Assembly: GCA_907165135.1 (NCBI GenBank)
Contig: OU015567.1
Span: forward strand, 4,402,001-4,466,000
Source: Oikopleura dioica
Taxonomy: Eukaryota > Animalia > Chordata
Direction: 5' to 3'
DNA length: 64,000 bases
Positions within the stretch are counted from its first letter, which is position 1. Each line of letters opens with the position of its first letter. This document shows, one piece after another, positions 40,447-53,740 of this stretch. Under the pieces are notes generated by a model, which worked only from the letters and a program-made list of their open reading frames with translations, made no database searches and was not told where the DNA came from. Both the position numbers and the translations under genes were made by a program.

Positions 40447-40578
40447 AAGTAGATTTTCTCTTTTTTCTTCCTTGCAGGCTTTTCTCCTCTTTTTTCTTTC
40501 AAAAAATAGTCTCTTGGAGGAATAAATCTACTCAGAAGAGCACTTGAACATAAAAGATAATAGTTTATTTTCAAACTA

Positions 40579-41720
40579 TCAAAATTTGAACAGTCGCTTT
40601 CCAAAAACAACAGGGAAAATGATCATCACACCTTGCAGCGCAATAAAAGTGTAGAAAATGCCGGTGAAGCCTTCTTTTCCAAAGGTGCTTGGGATTTCTT
40701 GAAGGCCGAGGATTGAAAGGCTTGAAGAGATAAGAGGGTGAAGAGCTCGATTTTTTACCTAGTGATGCCGAGGAAGAATCGTTGGATTCCAATCAAAATT
40801 CCGTAAAATTCTTCCGGAAAGAGGAATCGGCAGAAGACGGGGGTAAGAGTGTAGCCCCACGAGCGATAAATGTTGTAGACGAAAATGAGTGGCAAGAGCA
40901 TGTTTTCATCAAAACTAATTTGAAGGAAGCCAAAAACGATTCCAACGAGGAGATTCAAAATGATAAAAATCCAAACTCCGAGAAGCTTCCCAAATTTCAG
41001 CGGTCGACTTTTGATGCACTTTGCAAAGCCATCCGAGACAAAGCCGCAAAGCATCGCGAAAAACGCAGCTGTCCAGGCATACGCTCCGAAATCATCGACG
41101 TGCTGTTTGTAATTGTCGCCAGCGACGAGTCTTGCATACGAATTCCAAGTGAAAATACAGTTGAGTACATTCATATTCAGCAGCACAATCCAAACGACCA
41201 TCAGGATATAATTTACGTCCAAATAATGTTCTTTTACATTTCCTCTTTTTTCGGCTACTTTTTCTTTGATTATTTTAGCTTGAATTTTCGACTTTTGGTG
41301 ATTTTTGCCGGTCATTTTCGCGAAAAAGCTCTGCGAAAAAGTCGAAGAAGCTTTGTTGAATCTCATTTCCGGGAAAAGAAAAATCGAACGAATCCAAATG
41401 GGAATTGTCAGCAGCAAATTGACGCCAATAATCCACTCGTATGAGAAACCATTGTCGAAAGCGATCGCTAGAATCCTTGAATTGAGAGTTTTCAAAGGCG
41501 CGTGTTTTATTCTACCTGAAATAAGAGCTTCCCGCTTGAAACAATCCCTGGCCAATGACTAGGACGAGCGCGCCGATCTTCGGAAAAAGCACGGACATCA
41601 TCGAATTCGTCAAAACGAAGGAATAATTTCCCCAAGAGTACAAATACACCGCCGGGAAGACGAGCCAGTTAACCTGCGGCGTGAATAAAAAGCAAATCAG
41701 CCCCAAAGTCACGACAATTG
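40579..41720 (-). pseudogene. 5'-truncated copy of the minus-strand SLC43-like gene
   Basis: Matches 47922-49730 but lacks the first two TMs; ends at the duplication junction. Confidence 0.75.
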
Positions 41721-41721
41721 A

Positions 41722-42357
41722 GTCCTTGCTCATATCAGGCATTTTTTCATCGTGGTCATTTTGGGATGATATTCTTCCCAGCGAGGAAGTCCGATCGGTT
41801 TTACATAATAACGGGACGGATGAAAAATTTTTTTGGAGTTTTTTTTTAAGTTCGAAGTTCTAGCAAATAGAATATTCAATATCCGAGAGTAAAGACAACA
41901 CAGAAGATGGCGATGTTGAGGACTTGAGAGAATTCATCCATCATTTCGCATACAAGTTCCGAAGTCTTTGATGATTGATGCCGATTTTTGTATATATTTA
42001 TGTGTTTTTTCTATCAAAATAAATTTGCATAATTTTTTGTATTCACTTTTTACTGACTTCGACATTGGACTTTGGCGCGCCTTGATCGGTGAGTCCTTTG
42101 ATTTCCACGTGACTAAAAGAAGTACATGAGCAAATAATTCAACTCTCAACAAGTGTCCTTACTCAAAGAGCTTTGCCATCAGCGCTGCTTCGACAAAGTA
42201 AACCAACAAGTCGAACCACCAGAATACGTTTGCTGCCACAGCTGCCCCACCCTTTCTGCGAAAAAATCATATTCAAAAATAAGGGGATCACCTACGAAAT
42301 GGTGATTATAGCAGCGGCATAGGCAAAGTGGTAGAGAAACAATACAATAGAGGAGAA
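41722..42357. repeat. Junction insert: third partial copy of ~37085-37690 plus a short filler
   Basis: Contains an ATG-less secreted-peptide copy (to 41971) and the 3' exons of MARVEL (42043-42333), then GAGAAACAATACAATAGAGGAGAA. Confidence 0.8.
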
Positions 42358-43927
42358 TACAATACGTTGTTTACAGTGGCAGTGGTTTCCTGTACGATAG
42401 GAGTGTTTTTAACTGGATTTATTTTGGACAAGATCGGGATGTTTTGGACGAGGATGTTTTACTGCACGATTACGACTCTAGGTAACAAGATTTTTTATCT
42501 TCGAGCTTTTCACTAAATTTTAGGCTATGTGATGATGGCTCTTTATACCTCCAATGAGCTTTTGCTTTTCCCTGGTCTGGTGTTCCTCGCTTGGTCTGGA
42601 CTAGCGTACTTGGTCATCAACAATGTTTGCGTCTCAATAATGGGCAGATTCGCTGGAGTCTCCGTTATCATCTTTTCCGGAACGTTTGATGCTTCTAGCG
42701 CCACTTTTCTCGTCCTCAGCAAAATGACCGGCACTTTCGGGAAGGGGCAAAATTGATTCAAATTGAACTTTCATCAGAAAATTTTGACCTCTTTTGAAGA
42801 TCTCTCAACGATGCTTGGATTTCTAGCGGTTTTATCCGTCTTTATCCATTTTCGAACATTCTTCATGATGCCATATGGAATGCCGGGCAAAGAATGGGCA
42901 GAAGGAAACTTTCTGCGGTCGAATATTGTCTCCAAATGTCAGAAAGTAGGCGAAAACTCCGAAATCAAGGAAGAAAAATCGGAAAAGAATGAGCCTGAAA
43001 AAGAGAAAATACCGTTGAAAGAAAGCTGTCTCAATCAGACATTTCTCTTGTTTGCCACTGTTTTTGTTGTTTATTCGACGAGGGTTAAGGCTCTTCAAGG
43101 TACTCATTGGCAAATAGCGGGTTGGGAGATCTAATTCTAGGCTGGATCTATCCTTGGATGGAGTGGTCGTACGCCAAAGTCCCGGGAGACACGGCAGAAA
43201 TTGAAGCTCATGTTGGAAATCTTCTCGAAATCTACGGCCTGCTTCTTTTTGCCTCTCCACTTTTCGCCGCGCTGCCAGAACTTTTTAGCTGGATCGGAAG
43301 CAAGTTGAATAGAAATGGAATTCTCAACGGAGATATGATTTCTTTGACGATAATCATGAGTTATTCAGCCATAGCGTGCTCGGTTTGCTCGGGTCAGATG
43401 ATGTATCGGGTAAAAATAAAACGTATAGGGCTTGATGAAGGGTTCTTTAGGCGAAGGATTTGGACGATAATGCAAATGCATATGCGCTGATAGTGATTTT
43501 TTCGATTGCCAAGACAATTGTTTATGCTGCTCCGAATATGGCAAGTACAAATTTTACTGCAAAATGCACATTTTTATTTGGCGTTCAGTTTCTTTTCTAC
43601 ATGTTCCCTCCTGAGCATTTCGGCTCTCTCTACGGCATCCTCACCGCTCCTGGAATCGTCACCATGTGGTTCATCGACCCTCTTTTCCGCCTGATTCTTG
43701 GCGACTCGGAAAGTCTTGCTGATGCTGATTTCGCGCCAGTTTCGATTGGATTCGCCGTGCTCTGCGGAGTTGGGCTCATTCAAGTCTTTCTACCGAAAAT
43801 TGGACTGATTCCGGCGGCGAAAAGAATGTGCAGGGAGAAACAAAATCAGTCAGAAAGAACGAAGGAAGAATCGCATGGAATTGATAATAACGGATTCGAG
43901 TTGGAGAAATCAGAAGACATGTTTTGA
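42358..43927 (+). pseudogene. 5'-truncated copy of the plus-strand SLC43-like gene
   Basis: Begins at YNTLFTVAVVS; lacks the N-terminal exons and an in-frame ATG; remainder intact. Confidence 0.75.
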
Positions 43928-44144
43928 GGAATTCTTCATGTTCTTCTACTGAGCTGGCTGTGTACATAAATAAAACAGTATAAAACTAAGTGGATATGTC
44001 ATCTAAAGCGCCTACAAAGATGTCTTCTGAATAACTAACAGTAATATTGACGAAAAACACGATGAAAACAATGTTTTTCGGTTTAAAAACGCATTAAATT
44101 CAATTCAAATCAGATTCAGAGTCGCTGCACTAGAATTCAAAAAT

Positions 44145-44339
44145 ATGTTTCTTTTTCGATTGTCCTTACTTATATCAGGCATATTTTCATCTTGGTCATT
44201 TTGGGATGATATTCTCCCCAGCGAGGAAATTCGATCGGTTTTACATAACAACGGGACGGACGACAACACAGAAGATGGCGACGTTGAGGACTTGAAAGAA
44301 TTCATTCATCATTTTGCATACAAGTTCCGAAATCACTGA
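44145..44339 (+). CDS. Small secreted peptide, copy 2 (intronless, 64 aa)
   Basis: Uninterrupted ORF; intron plus 10 codons missing relative to copy 1. Confidence 0.6.
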   Translation: MFLFRLSLLISGIFSSWSFWDDILPSEEIRSVLHNNGTDDNTEDGDVEDLKEFIHHFAYKFRNH

Positions 44340-44395
44340 TAATTTTTGTATTTATTTCTTTTTTCATCAAAATAAATTTGCAAAATTTTTTGTAT

Positions 44396-45304
44396 TCATT
44401 TTTTGCTGACTTCGACATTGGACTTTGGCGCGCCTTGATCGGTGAGTCCTTTGATTTCCACGTGACTAGAAAAAGTACATGAGCAAATAATTCAACTCAA
44501 AGTGTCCTTACTCAAAGAGCTTTGCCATCAGCGCTGCTTCGACAAAGTAAACCAACAAGTCGAACCACCAGAATACGTTTGCTGCCACAGCTGCTCCGCT
44601 CTTTCTGCAAAAAGATGTTTTTCGGAAATAAGGGGATCACCTACGAAATAGTGATAATAGCAGCGGCATAGGCAAAGTGGTAAAGAATGAACCACATGAT
44701 TTTCTCCAGCGTTGGCATTCCACTCCACGTAAAGCATTGGCACTTGTCTTGAATTATCAGAGCTGGCCACCAAAACAAGCTAAAACTGTTCCAGCGCATG
44801 ATTATTAGGGTTGAAAAACCTGATGATAGAGACAGAAAAGGCAAAAGCCCAGTTAGACGGAAACCAGCAATTGCCATTGTGGCAAACAGCTACCAGGCAG
44901 CAGATGAATGCGATCAGCTCGAAAATGATGTGAAGAGTCCTTATTTTGGTTGGATTTTATGATCGATCCATTTTTGGAAAGATAAAATGGGTTGGTTTCA
45001 ATCTGATTAAAGTAAAAACATCTGCATTCGACAATAAATTCAGATTTTTTTTGAATTATCATAGAAAATGAATCATCAGTTTTTCCAGCACACATTTGAT
45101 TTAAATAATTCAAATAAATTATAAAACCAACGAGCCTAAAAATGAGCTTCTGCTCGACCATTTTCAATTCTCCTCTTTTTCTCTTATGTTTGCACTTTTT
45201 GAAGCGTTCAGTGTCTCTATGAACTGAATTCTCAGAATGTTCTTCTATTTGACTTTCTGTCAAACGCTACGAAATTCCTCCGGACACTGGTAATCTCGAT
45301 TCAT
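44396..45304 (-). pseudogene. MARVEL copy 2, exon-2 acceptor deleted
   Basis: ~39-bp deletion removes the ATTTAG acceptor and the start of exon 2 present in copy 1. Confidence 0.5.
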
Positions 45305-45696
45305 GAGCTGTAATAAAATTATATATCTGTAGCGGATCACGTGAGCTTTCCCGCTGAGCGCAAATTCTGGAAGAAAAGCGGAAGATTAAATTAATTCAAC
45401 GATTGTCAGAGCTAAAGTTAATTTAATTTTCGAATATTTTTTTAATTAAAAATCTAACCGGTAAATGTTTTTTGAAATCAACAAGGACTCATTTCTTCTG
45501 TTTATATTTTTGGAAGTGCGATTCGTTTTGGAAGATCCCCAAAAATAAAAACGAAGATCCAAAATCTGGAGAGGGTATTTGCTTTGCAGTTAAATAAAAT
45601 TTGTATTCTCACCCCGCCCTGTGCGTCTTGTCTTGGCAAATACCCTTCGCTAATTACGATATTTGAAAAATAATCGAGAAAAGAGAAAGAGAGAGC

Positions 45697-46965
<1,269 letters not shown>

Positions 46966-46966
46966 T

Positions 46967-47790
46967 TTACTTGTTTGCTTTTCGAAGAGCTTTCAGTGCC
47001 CAAGAATCCGTCATGTGATCCTCGATTTGATACTTTTCAAAGAAATCTTCAAAAAATGACTTTTGCTCAAACTCGAATTTCTGCCGCAGGTTTTTCGGGG
47101 TGTGAGGCAGGGCAAGACTATTTGCATTCTTGAAAAAATTCACGAAATTGCCTGTGAATATTCTTTTTCGAAAAAGAAATGCGTGCATATTCATTTTAGC
47201 CTATTCTCACGCATATTCACGAAATTTTGAGCGGACGGGGATGGGGCTTCAGTTTGGGTGGAGCCCGCGAGCTGTGAGCCTAAGGGCCCGATTTGATTGC
47301 GCCGCCGGCTCGAAGCTCGACCAATGGGAGAGCGCAGTGTTCGCGAATATTTGAGATATTCACGAATTTTTCAAAAATTCACGGAAGATATTCTTTTCCA
47401 TTCATTTGAATATTTTCGCGTCATGAATATTCATACAGCAATAAATAGTGAATCTTCGGCAAAAAGAATAACTTTGAGAATGCAAATAGTCTGGCCCTGG
47501 TGTGAGGCGAGTTGAGCTTCAACGGGCTTTCGGGCAGAGAGCTGACGAAGTTTTCGATCGCGCGGATTTTTTCGATATTTGTATCAACCCCTCTAGAATC
47601 GGTTGAGATGAAATGAGACTGAAGCGAAGCTTACGTTATATTGGTACAAGATGCAGTTTGCCGGGATCTTCTTCGTTGAAAAATTGTGCTGGATTCTTTT
47701 GTCGATAATTTTTGAAAACCATCATTTCTAAAAATTTGTCGAAATTATTACCGTATTTATCCTCGCAAACCTTCTCGTGAAAAAGCTCAT
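46967..47790 (-). pseudogene. Orphan copy 2, last exon interrupted by a hAT MITE
   Basis: Homologous to 40022-40446 with the 47108-47499 insertion. Confidence 0.4.
47108..47499. mobile_element. 392-bp hAT MITE
   Basis: TIR CAGGGC(A/C)AGACTATTTGCATTCT; 8-bp TSD GTGTGAGG at 47100-47107 and 47500-47507; empty site in the first duplicate (~40160). Confidence 0.93.
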
Positions 47791-47921
47791 AAGCAGACTC
47801 TCTCCTTTTCTCTTCCTAGCCCGTTTTTCTCCTCTTTTTGTTATAAAAAAAAGCGTCTCTTGGAATAAATCTACTCAGAAGAGCACTTGAACATAAAAGC
47901 TAATAGTTTATTATCTTCAAA

Positions 47922-50082
47922 CTATCGAAATTTGAACAGTCGCTTTCCAAAAACAACAGGGAAAATGATCATCACGCCTTGCAGCGCAATAAAAGTGTAG
48001 AAAATGCCGGTGAAGCCTTCTTTTCCAAAGGTGCTTGGGATTTCTTGAAGACCGAGGATTGAAAGGCTTGAAGAGTTAAGAGTGTGAAGAGCTCGTTTTA
48101 TTTACCTAGTTATGCCGAGGAAGAATCGTTGGATTCCAATCAAAATTCCGTAAAATTCTTCCGGAAAGAGGAATCGGCAGAAGACGGGGGTAAGAGTGTA
48201 GCCCCAGGAGCGATAAATGTTGTAGACGAAAATGAGTGGCAAGCGCATCTTTTCATCGAAACTGAGCTGAAGGAAGCCAAAAACGATTCCAACGAGGAGA
48301 TTCAAAATGATAAAAATCCAAACTCCGAGAAGCTTCCCAAATTTCAGCGGTCGACTTTTTATGCACTTCGCAAAGCCATCCGAGACAAAGCCGCAGAGCA
48401 TCGCGAAAAACGCAGCTGTCCAGGCATACGCTCCGAAATCATCGACGTGCTGTTTGTAATTGTCGCCAGCGACGAGTCTTGCATACGAGTTCCAAGTGAA
48501 AATACAGTTGAGTACATTCATATTCAGCAGAACAATCCAGACGACCATCAGGATATAATTTACGTCCAAATAATGTTCTTTAACATTTCCTCTTTTTTCG
48601 ACTACTTTTTCATCAACAATTTCAGCTTGAATTTGCGACTTTCGGTGATTTTTGGGGAAAAAAGAACTTCTCCACGCACTCGCTGGTCGAGTTCTAAAAA
48701 GGGCGCACGAGAGGCGCGAGGGTGGAGCAGCTGAGGCACACGCGAGTAACGCGGTAGGAGATGGGCACTCCCGGTAGGATATGAGGATTATCAAATTAGC
48801 CAGGTGTTATGTGCGGTAGGATATGAGGGTAAGCAATCAGCATGATCCCAGGTGTAAAGCGCGCGGAAGTTCTCTCATCATTGTCATCAAATGACGGAGA
48901 ATACAACTGGATGCAATTAGATGTCGCCAGAAGGGCACACATATATATATCATTCGACTCAGAATTTTCTCATAAAGATGGATTTCACAGAAACCGTCGC
49001 TAAAATCAAAAGTGTGCCAAGATATGCTGGCTCTAAAAATAAACTTCAAAACAAAAAATGAGTTTCAGATTTGAATTCCTTGCAATTTGTTACCCTAGAG
49101 TAGATTTAAATTGAAAAACAACTTGTTCGAAGTATAAGGTCTAGAAATTATCATCGTTGATTTGGCCCACATTTGTTGCTCATACTGGGCTACTTAGCTT
49201 CAATCTTGTCTCCTACCGCGTTACTTGCGTGTGCCTCAGTTGATCGACCTCGCTACTCTCGCGCGCCCTTTTCAGAGCTCGACCAGCGAGTGCGTGGAGA
49301 AGTTCTCTTAATCCGATTTTTGCCTGTCATTCTCGCGAAAAAGCTCTGCGAAAAAGTCGAAGAAGCTTTGTTGAATCTTTTTTCTGGGAAAAGAAAAATT
49401 GAACGAATCCAAATCGGAATTGTCAGCAGCAAATTGACGCCGATGATCCACTCGTATGAAAAACCATTGTCGAAGGCGATCGCTAGAATCCTTGAATTTA
49501 AACTTTTCAAAGGCGCGTATTTTATTCTACCTGAAATAAGAGCTTCCTGCTTGAAACAATCCCTGGCCAATGACGAGGACGAGCGCGCCGATCTTCGGAA
49601 AAAGCACGGACATCATCGAATTCGTCAAAACGAAGGAATAATTTCCGCAAGAATAGAAAAACACCGCCGGGAAGACGAGCCAGTTCACCTGCGGCGTGAA
49701 TAAAAAACAAACCAGCCCCAGAGTCACAACAATCGTCAAAAGCGCTCTTGCTTTGAAAATTCCCAATTTCTCGATCAAAAATCCCATCAGAAGAACTGAA
49801 ACGTTCATTGAGAAGCTTCCAATTGTCCCTGCCGCGGAAAAGAAACTGTCTCGCTTGCTACAATTGATGATGCCGCTACTGGTGATTGTGGTTGAATTTG
49901 ACAAGGGATCGCAGGAACTCTCGAATACTTGGAGGGCTTTGAGAACTTCCACGAGACTTGGCCAGCCTGAAACCGAGAACTGACTCTGATTTCATTTGTT
50001 TCTTACCCATAATCGTTCCGAAAAAGACGAAGCCTTCTACAGGCAAAGTGGCTAATAGAAGCTTATCAGATATTCGCCCCAT
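47922..50082 (-). CDS. Second SLC43-family transporter, full-length but carrying a 660-bp insertion
   Basis: LPVEGFVFFGTIMGWPSLVEVLKALQVF, GFLIEKLGIFKAR, GQGLFQAGSSYF, FLFPEEFYGILIG. Confidence 0.75.
48655..49314. mobile_element. 660-bp non-autonomous DNA transposon (GG...CC ends, 8-bp TSD; Merlin-like by inference)
   Basis: ~100-bp imperfect TIRs; TSD GATTTTTG at 48647-48654 and 49315-49322; single-copy empty site at 41300-41307. Confidence 0.88.
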
Positions 50083-50666
50083 TTTCTCTTTGAAAAAAGT
50101 GTACTTATGCCCTTTTTTTAGCTCTGTCTCGAATTTTACTAGCGCGAATTGAAAAGAAAAGATATCAATAAAACTGTTATGCTCTAAAAAAAGCTGTCTA
50201 TTTTTACGAATAAAGTGCTTTGAAAAAGCTTCTTTTTTCATTTTTTTTATTTTGATTCTCTTGATGTTTATTTCATTATTTTCACGGTGTACTTTTTTTA
50301 GCGTTTAACATTACTATTGAATTATACAGGAGAATAATGCTTATGAAAAAGCAGAAAGGGAGAAGCGAAAATCTTTTTAGAATTCAGAAAGTAATTTGGT
50401 TATTTGTTGAACTTTGAATAAAAAAGCGCAGTAGACTCTGATTCATTTCTTGAATATCCTTTATTTCTATATGACATGAAAAAGCAGCAGAAAAGAGGGT
50501 GTAGAATAAATGATTGCATATTTTGGTTTTGGAGACTTTTTTTGAAAGCCGTTAAATTTGATAATTTTTATTTGAGAATATTCGAAAAAATCGAGAACGA
50601 ATAGTATCTCGTTTTTGTGTGGTGATTTGTTTTATTCTATGCACGCAATTTTTATAATATTTTTAT

Positions 50667-53547
50667 TTAAAAGGAATCGCAGTTATTGTTTCTTGTAGAA
50701 GTAAAGAAGGAAAATGCACGAGCCCAGTAAAAGCGCCATTTTTGAATTTTTGAACGTCGAAAAGCTGTTTTATGAACTGTAGAGAAAGCTTTTAGCGCAC
50801 TAAAATCATTGATCAGTAATGATTCTAAATCTACCGTGGACATATTGATCGATACTGTGCTCGGAAACCTCTGTAGAAAGCCTGACTCAGGCCCTGAGAC
50901 AAGTTTTTTTTCAGAAAGTCTCGGAACCTGACTCAGGTTTTCTACACAGGTTGCCAAGCCCAGAGGCGATCTGAATTGAATTCCGGAAAAGGGACTTACT
51001 ATGAAGCATTCGTGAATCCATGCGATGCGCGCGGAAGTTACTGCCTCCATCGTAGCCATTGAAACCGCTGCTGCCATCGCCGTTGTTTGGACTTGGACTG
51101 GAGCCGCTGCTGCCCCCGTCGCCTTTGAAGTTATCGTTTGGTAGAATTCTCCTATTGTAGCGGTACACCTGATTCACATCGGCCTAAAAGGAGAGTTCGT
51201 TCTTGTTTACAAGATGTTATGGCTCAGACATAACATGATTCAGGGATAGCAAAGTATGAACATAATTTACTCATATAAAGCTATATCTAACCTCGTTAAC
51301 AACTTCTCGAAGCGATAAAATCGAGTTGAAGAGCTTAAAAAACTTTCTGCCTTTTCCCTCTGCCCGGGCTTTTGACATGAGCGCCTTGATGAAGATCTCT
51401 TGGAGGAAGTGAATCACGTGGCGCTGCTCCATCGTCAGCCAGTCGTTTCTGTCAGAAGAAAAGACGATCTTGTGCAAAGGATTTTGAATTAGCCTGCAAA
51501 AGCCAAAAAATCATCTGATGGATTCAAAATCCCGTAGCAAAGCGGCAACAAGAGCATGATCGAGATCATCCCCACCGATGGCCTTTATTTTCATAGCGCA
51601 GGCGAAGTATTCTTTGAATTTCTGCTTCCAATCATCACCGAATTTACTAAAAAAATAATCGATAAACTTTCTTTACAGCGTTAATTTTACCTCATGTCCT
51701 TGATACTGTAATTATTGCCAGTAACGCCTGTAATATGACCGGCAGACTCGGCCGTCGTTTTCGTCCAGCGGAGAATGACGAGCTCCATGAAACTTCGAGT
51801 GACGAGAGTTTTTCGTTCCGTCTGGTTGAAGTGATTTCCAACATAGGGCAGTACGCTGATGAAATCAACGAGGACTTCTACGTGCATCGTCAGCGAATCT
51901 CGGATGTGATCAACGCAGCGCAACTTTGACCAGCCATTTGTCGGTTGCTCCCAACGAGTCATTGCACCAGTATTTTTCTCGGCTGTTATTGATGCTAAAA
52001 ATGGTTGGTATTGACGGTCCTACTCAAGAAAAAGACGGTCTACGAGAGAAGAGCCTGGGCTCGGCAACCTGTGTAGAAAGCCTGATTCAGGGTCTAAAAG
52101 AGATCGAATGAAATACCGCGGCTTCATTTTTAGACCCTGACTCAGGTTTTCTACAAAGGTTGCCTGACTCGAGACAAGAGTCTAGACATGTTCGATGTCT
52201 AGACATTTTCCAGATTAGTCTTTTTTTCTTACCGACACTTCCACTTCGCAGATGTCTGTTGCTCGTGTAATCGTTCCAAAACGTCTTGACAAGTTCGAGC
52301 ATTGTTGAGTCATGCGGACTTGCATCGATCGATCGAATAGTCGATGATGTCGATGGTTTGTTCCTTGAAACCAAGGCGCTATCGTTCTCGCCCCGACTGC
52401 CACCCGCTTTTCGACAAGTTCGACGGTCGTTGAAGCTCTGCGTTCCTGAAAAACACGATTGAAAACTACCTGGCTAATTCAAAATTACTTAAAAAAAGTT
52501 TGTCCGAAAAAAAGTTACCCCTGACAGATTGAGTCCCAAGCGAATATTTACCTTGAACATATTCAGCTCTCATTCCAGCATTTAAACAGGCTTCGAGGCG
52601 GCAGTGTTGACATTTGAGCATTATTTCCCGCGGAGTTAGGTTCGGCGCGCGGTTGATAATCACCTCCTTCAAGAAAAAATAATCGTAAATAAAAAATAAC
52701 TCGCACTAACGCGCTGGCAGGTCATGTTGCTGAGTGAAGCGTTGTTTTGAAGGAGAACGATGCGGCGGAAGAATACGCGGCAGGAGTCGCAGCTGATCGC
52801 ATTGTACTTGATTCCCTGCGCTTTTCTGTTGCAAATCGCGCACTGAAAATAGCGTTTTCTTTCCAGATAAAGATTAACAAAGATGAAAGCGAAATTAAGT
52901 CAAAAAAAAAGTCGAAACGGATTGATGAAAAAGAGGATTTCTTTGTACCATAAATTTACTTCGTTTTTAGCATTAAATTTGTTGATAATTTTTTGGAGGT
53001 GGTGCTAAGGGCGTAAAAGAGATTATAGAAGCCACGGTTATTACGTAATAACCCGCAAATAAATGCAAAAATTAGGTCAAATGGCGAAAATAGACACTGC
53101 CCAATTTGCAGTGCGAATTAGTTTTTCGATATATATTGTGGACTCTTTTCTTCAATATTAAGATTCAATCTTTACATCTTATCAATCATATAATATGAGA
53201 TAATTAACCACAAACAATCTATTAAGATTTTAGTCAAGAAGAAAAGCGTGTTCAGTATTAACCCTCATTCATCTTAATTATCTTCAAAAGCAAGCCACAG
53301 AGAGGCAATTAAATGAATAAAAGAGTAGCACTAAGGAGAAAGCTACCTTTTCGTCGCTAAAAAGCTTTTTTCCTCTGGTCTTCTTTTTTTTTGGCGGTGA
53401 GCTTCCGGCCTCAGCTCCTTGTTCTGATCCGTTCACTTTGGTTAGCGTGATGACTGATGGCTGCTGAACCATGGAAGGGCGGATGAAATTCGGGGAGAGG
53501 GATTCTGGAGAGGAATGGTTGAAGAAGCCACCATTTGTGTGCTCCAT
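50667..53547 (-). CDS. Nuclear receptor, NR1I/NR1J (VDR/PXR/HR96)-like but divergent; 3' end uncertain
   Basis: CAICNRKAQGIKYNAISCDSCRVFFRR, CQHCRLEACLNAGM..EYVQ, LBD signature VLVDFISVLPYV...ERKTLVTRSFMELVILRW. Confidence 0.85.
50855..50963. mobile_element. CTGGG-family MITE at the 3' end of a nuclear receptor intron
   Basis: TIRs CTGTGCTCGGAAACCT.../...GGTTGCCAAGCCCAG. Confidence 0.85.
52055..52173. mobile_element. CTGGG-family MITE, intronic
   Basis: Family TIRs; degenerate TSD AGAAGAGC/ACAAGAGT. Confidence 0.85.
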
Positions 53548-53631
53548 CTAAAATAGCATACTGTAAATTAAGGATTATTTACTCGATACAGGAAAACCGG
53601 TTAGGTTGTCAAAAAGAGCAGTCAATAACTG

Positions 53632-53740
53632 ATCTCCGCGACTGGTGCAGAAAATCTGAGTCAGGTTTTCATGTGGCTTTTTATATAAAAAAATCGTTCA
53701 AATCCTGACTCAGGTTTCCTACACAGGTTGTTGAGCAAAG
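53632..53740. mobile_element. Decayed CTGGG-family MITE upstream of the nuclear receptor
   Basis: GAAAATCTGAGTCAGG and CCTGACTCAGGTTTCCTACACAGGTTG. Confidence 0.7.
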
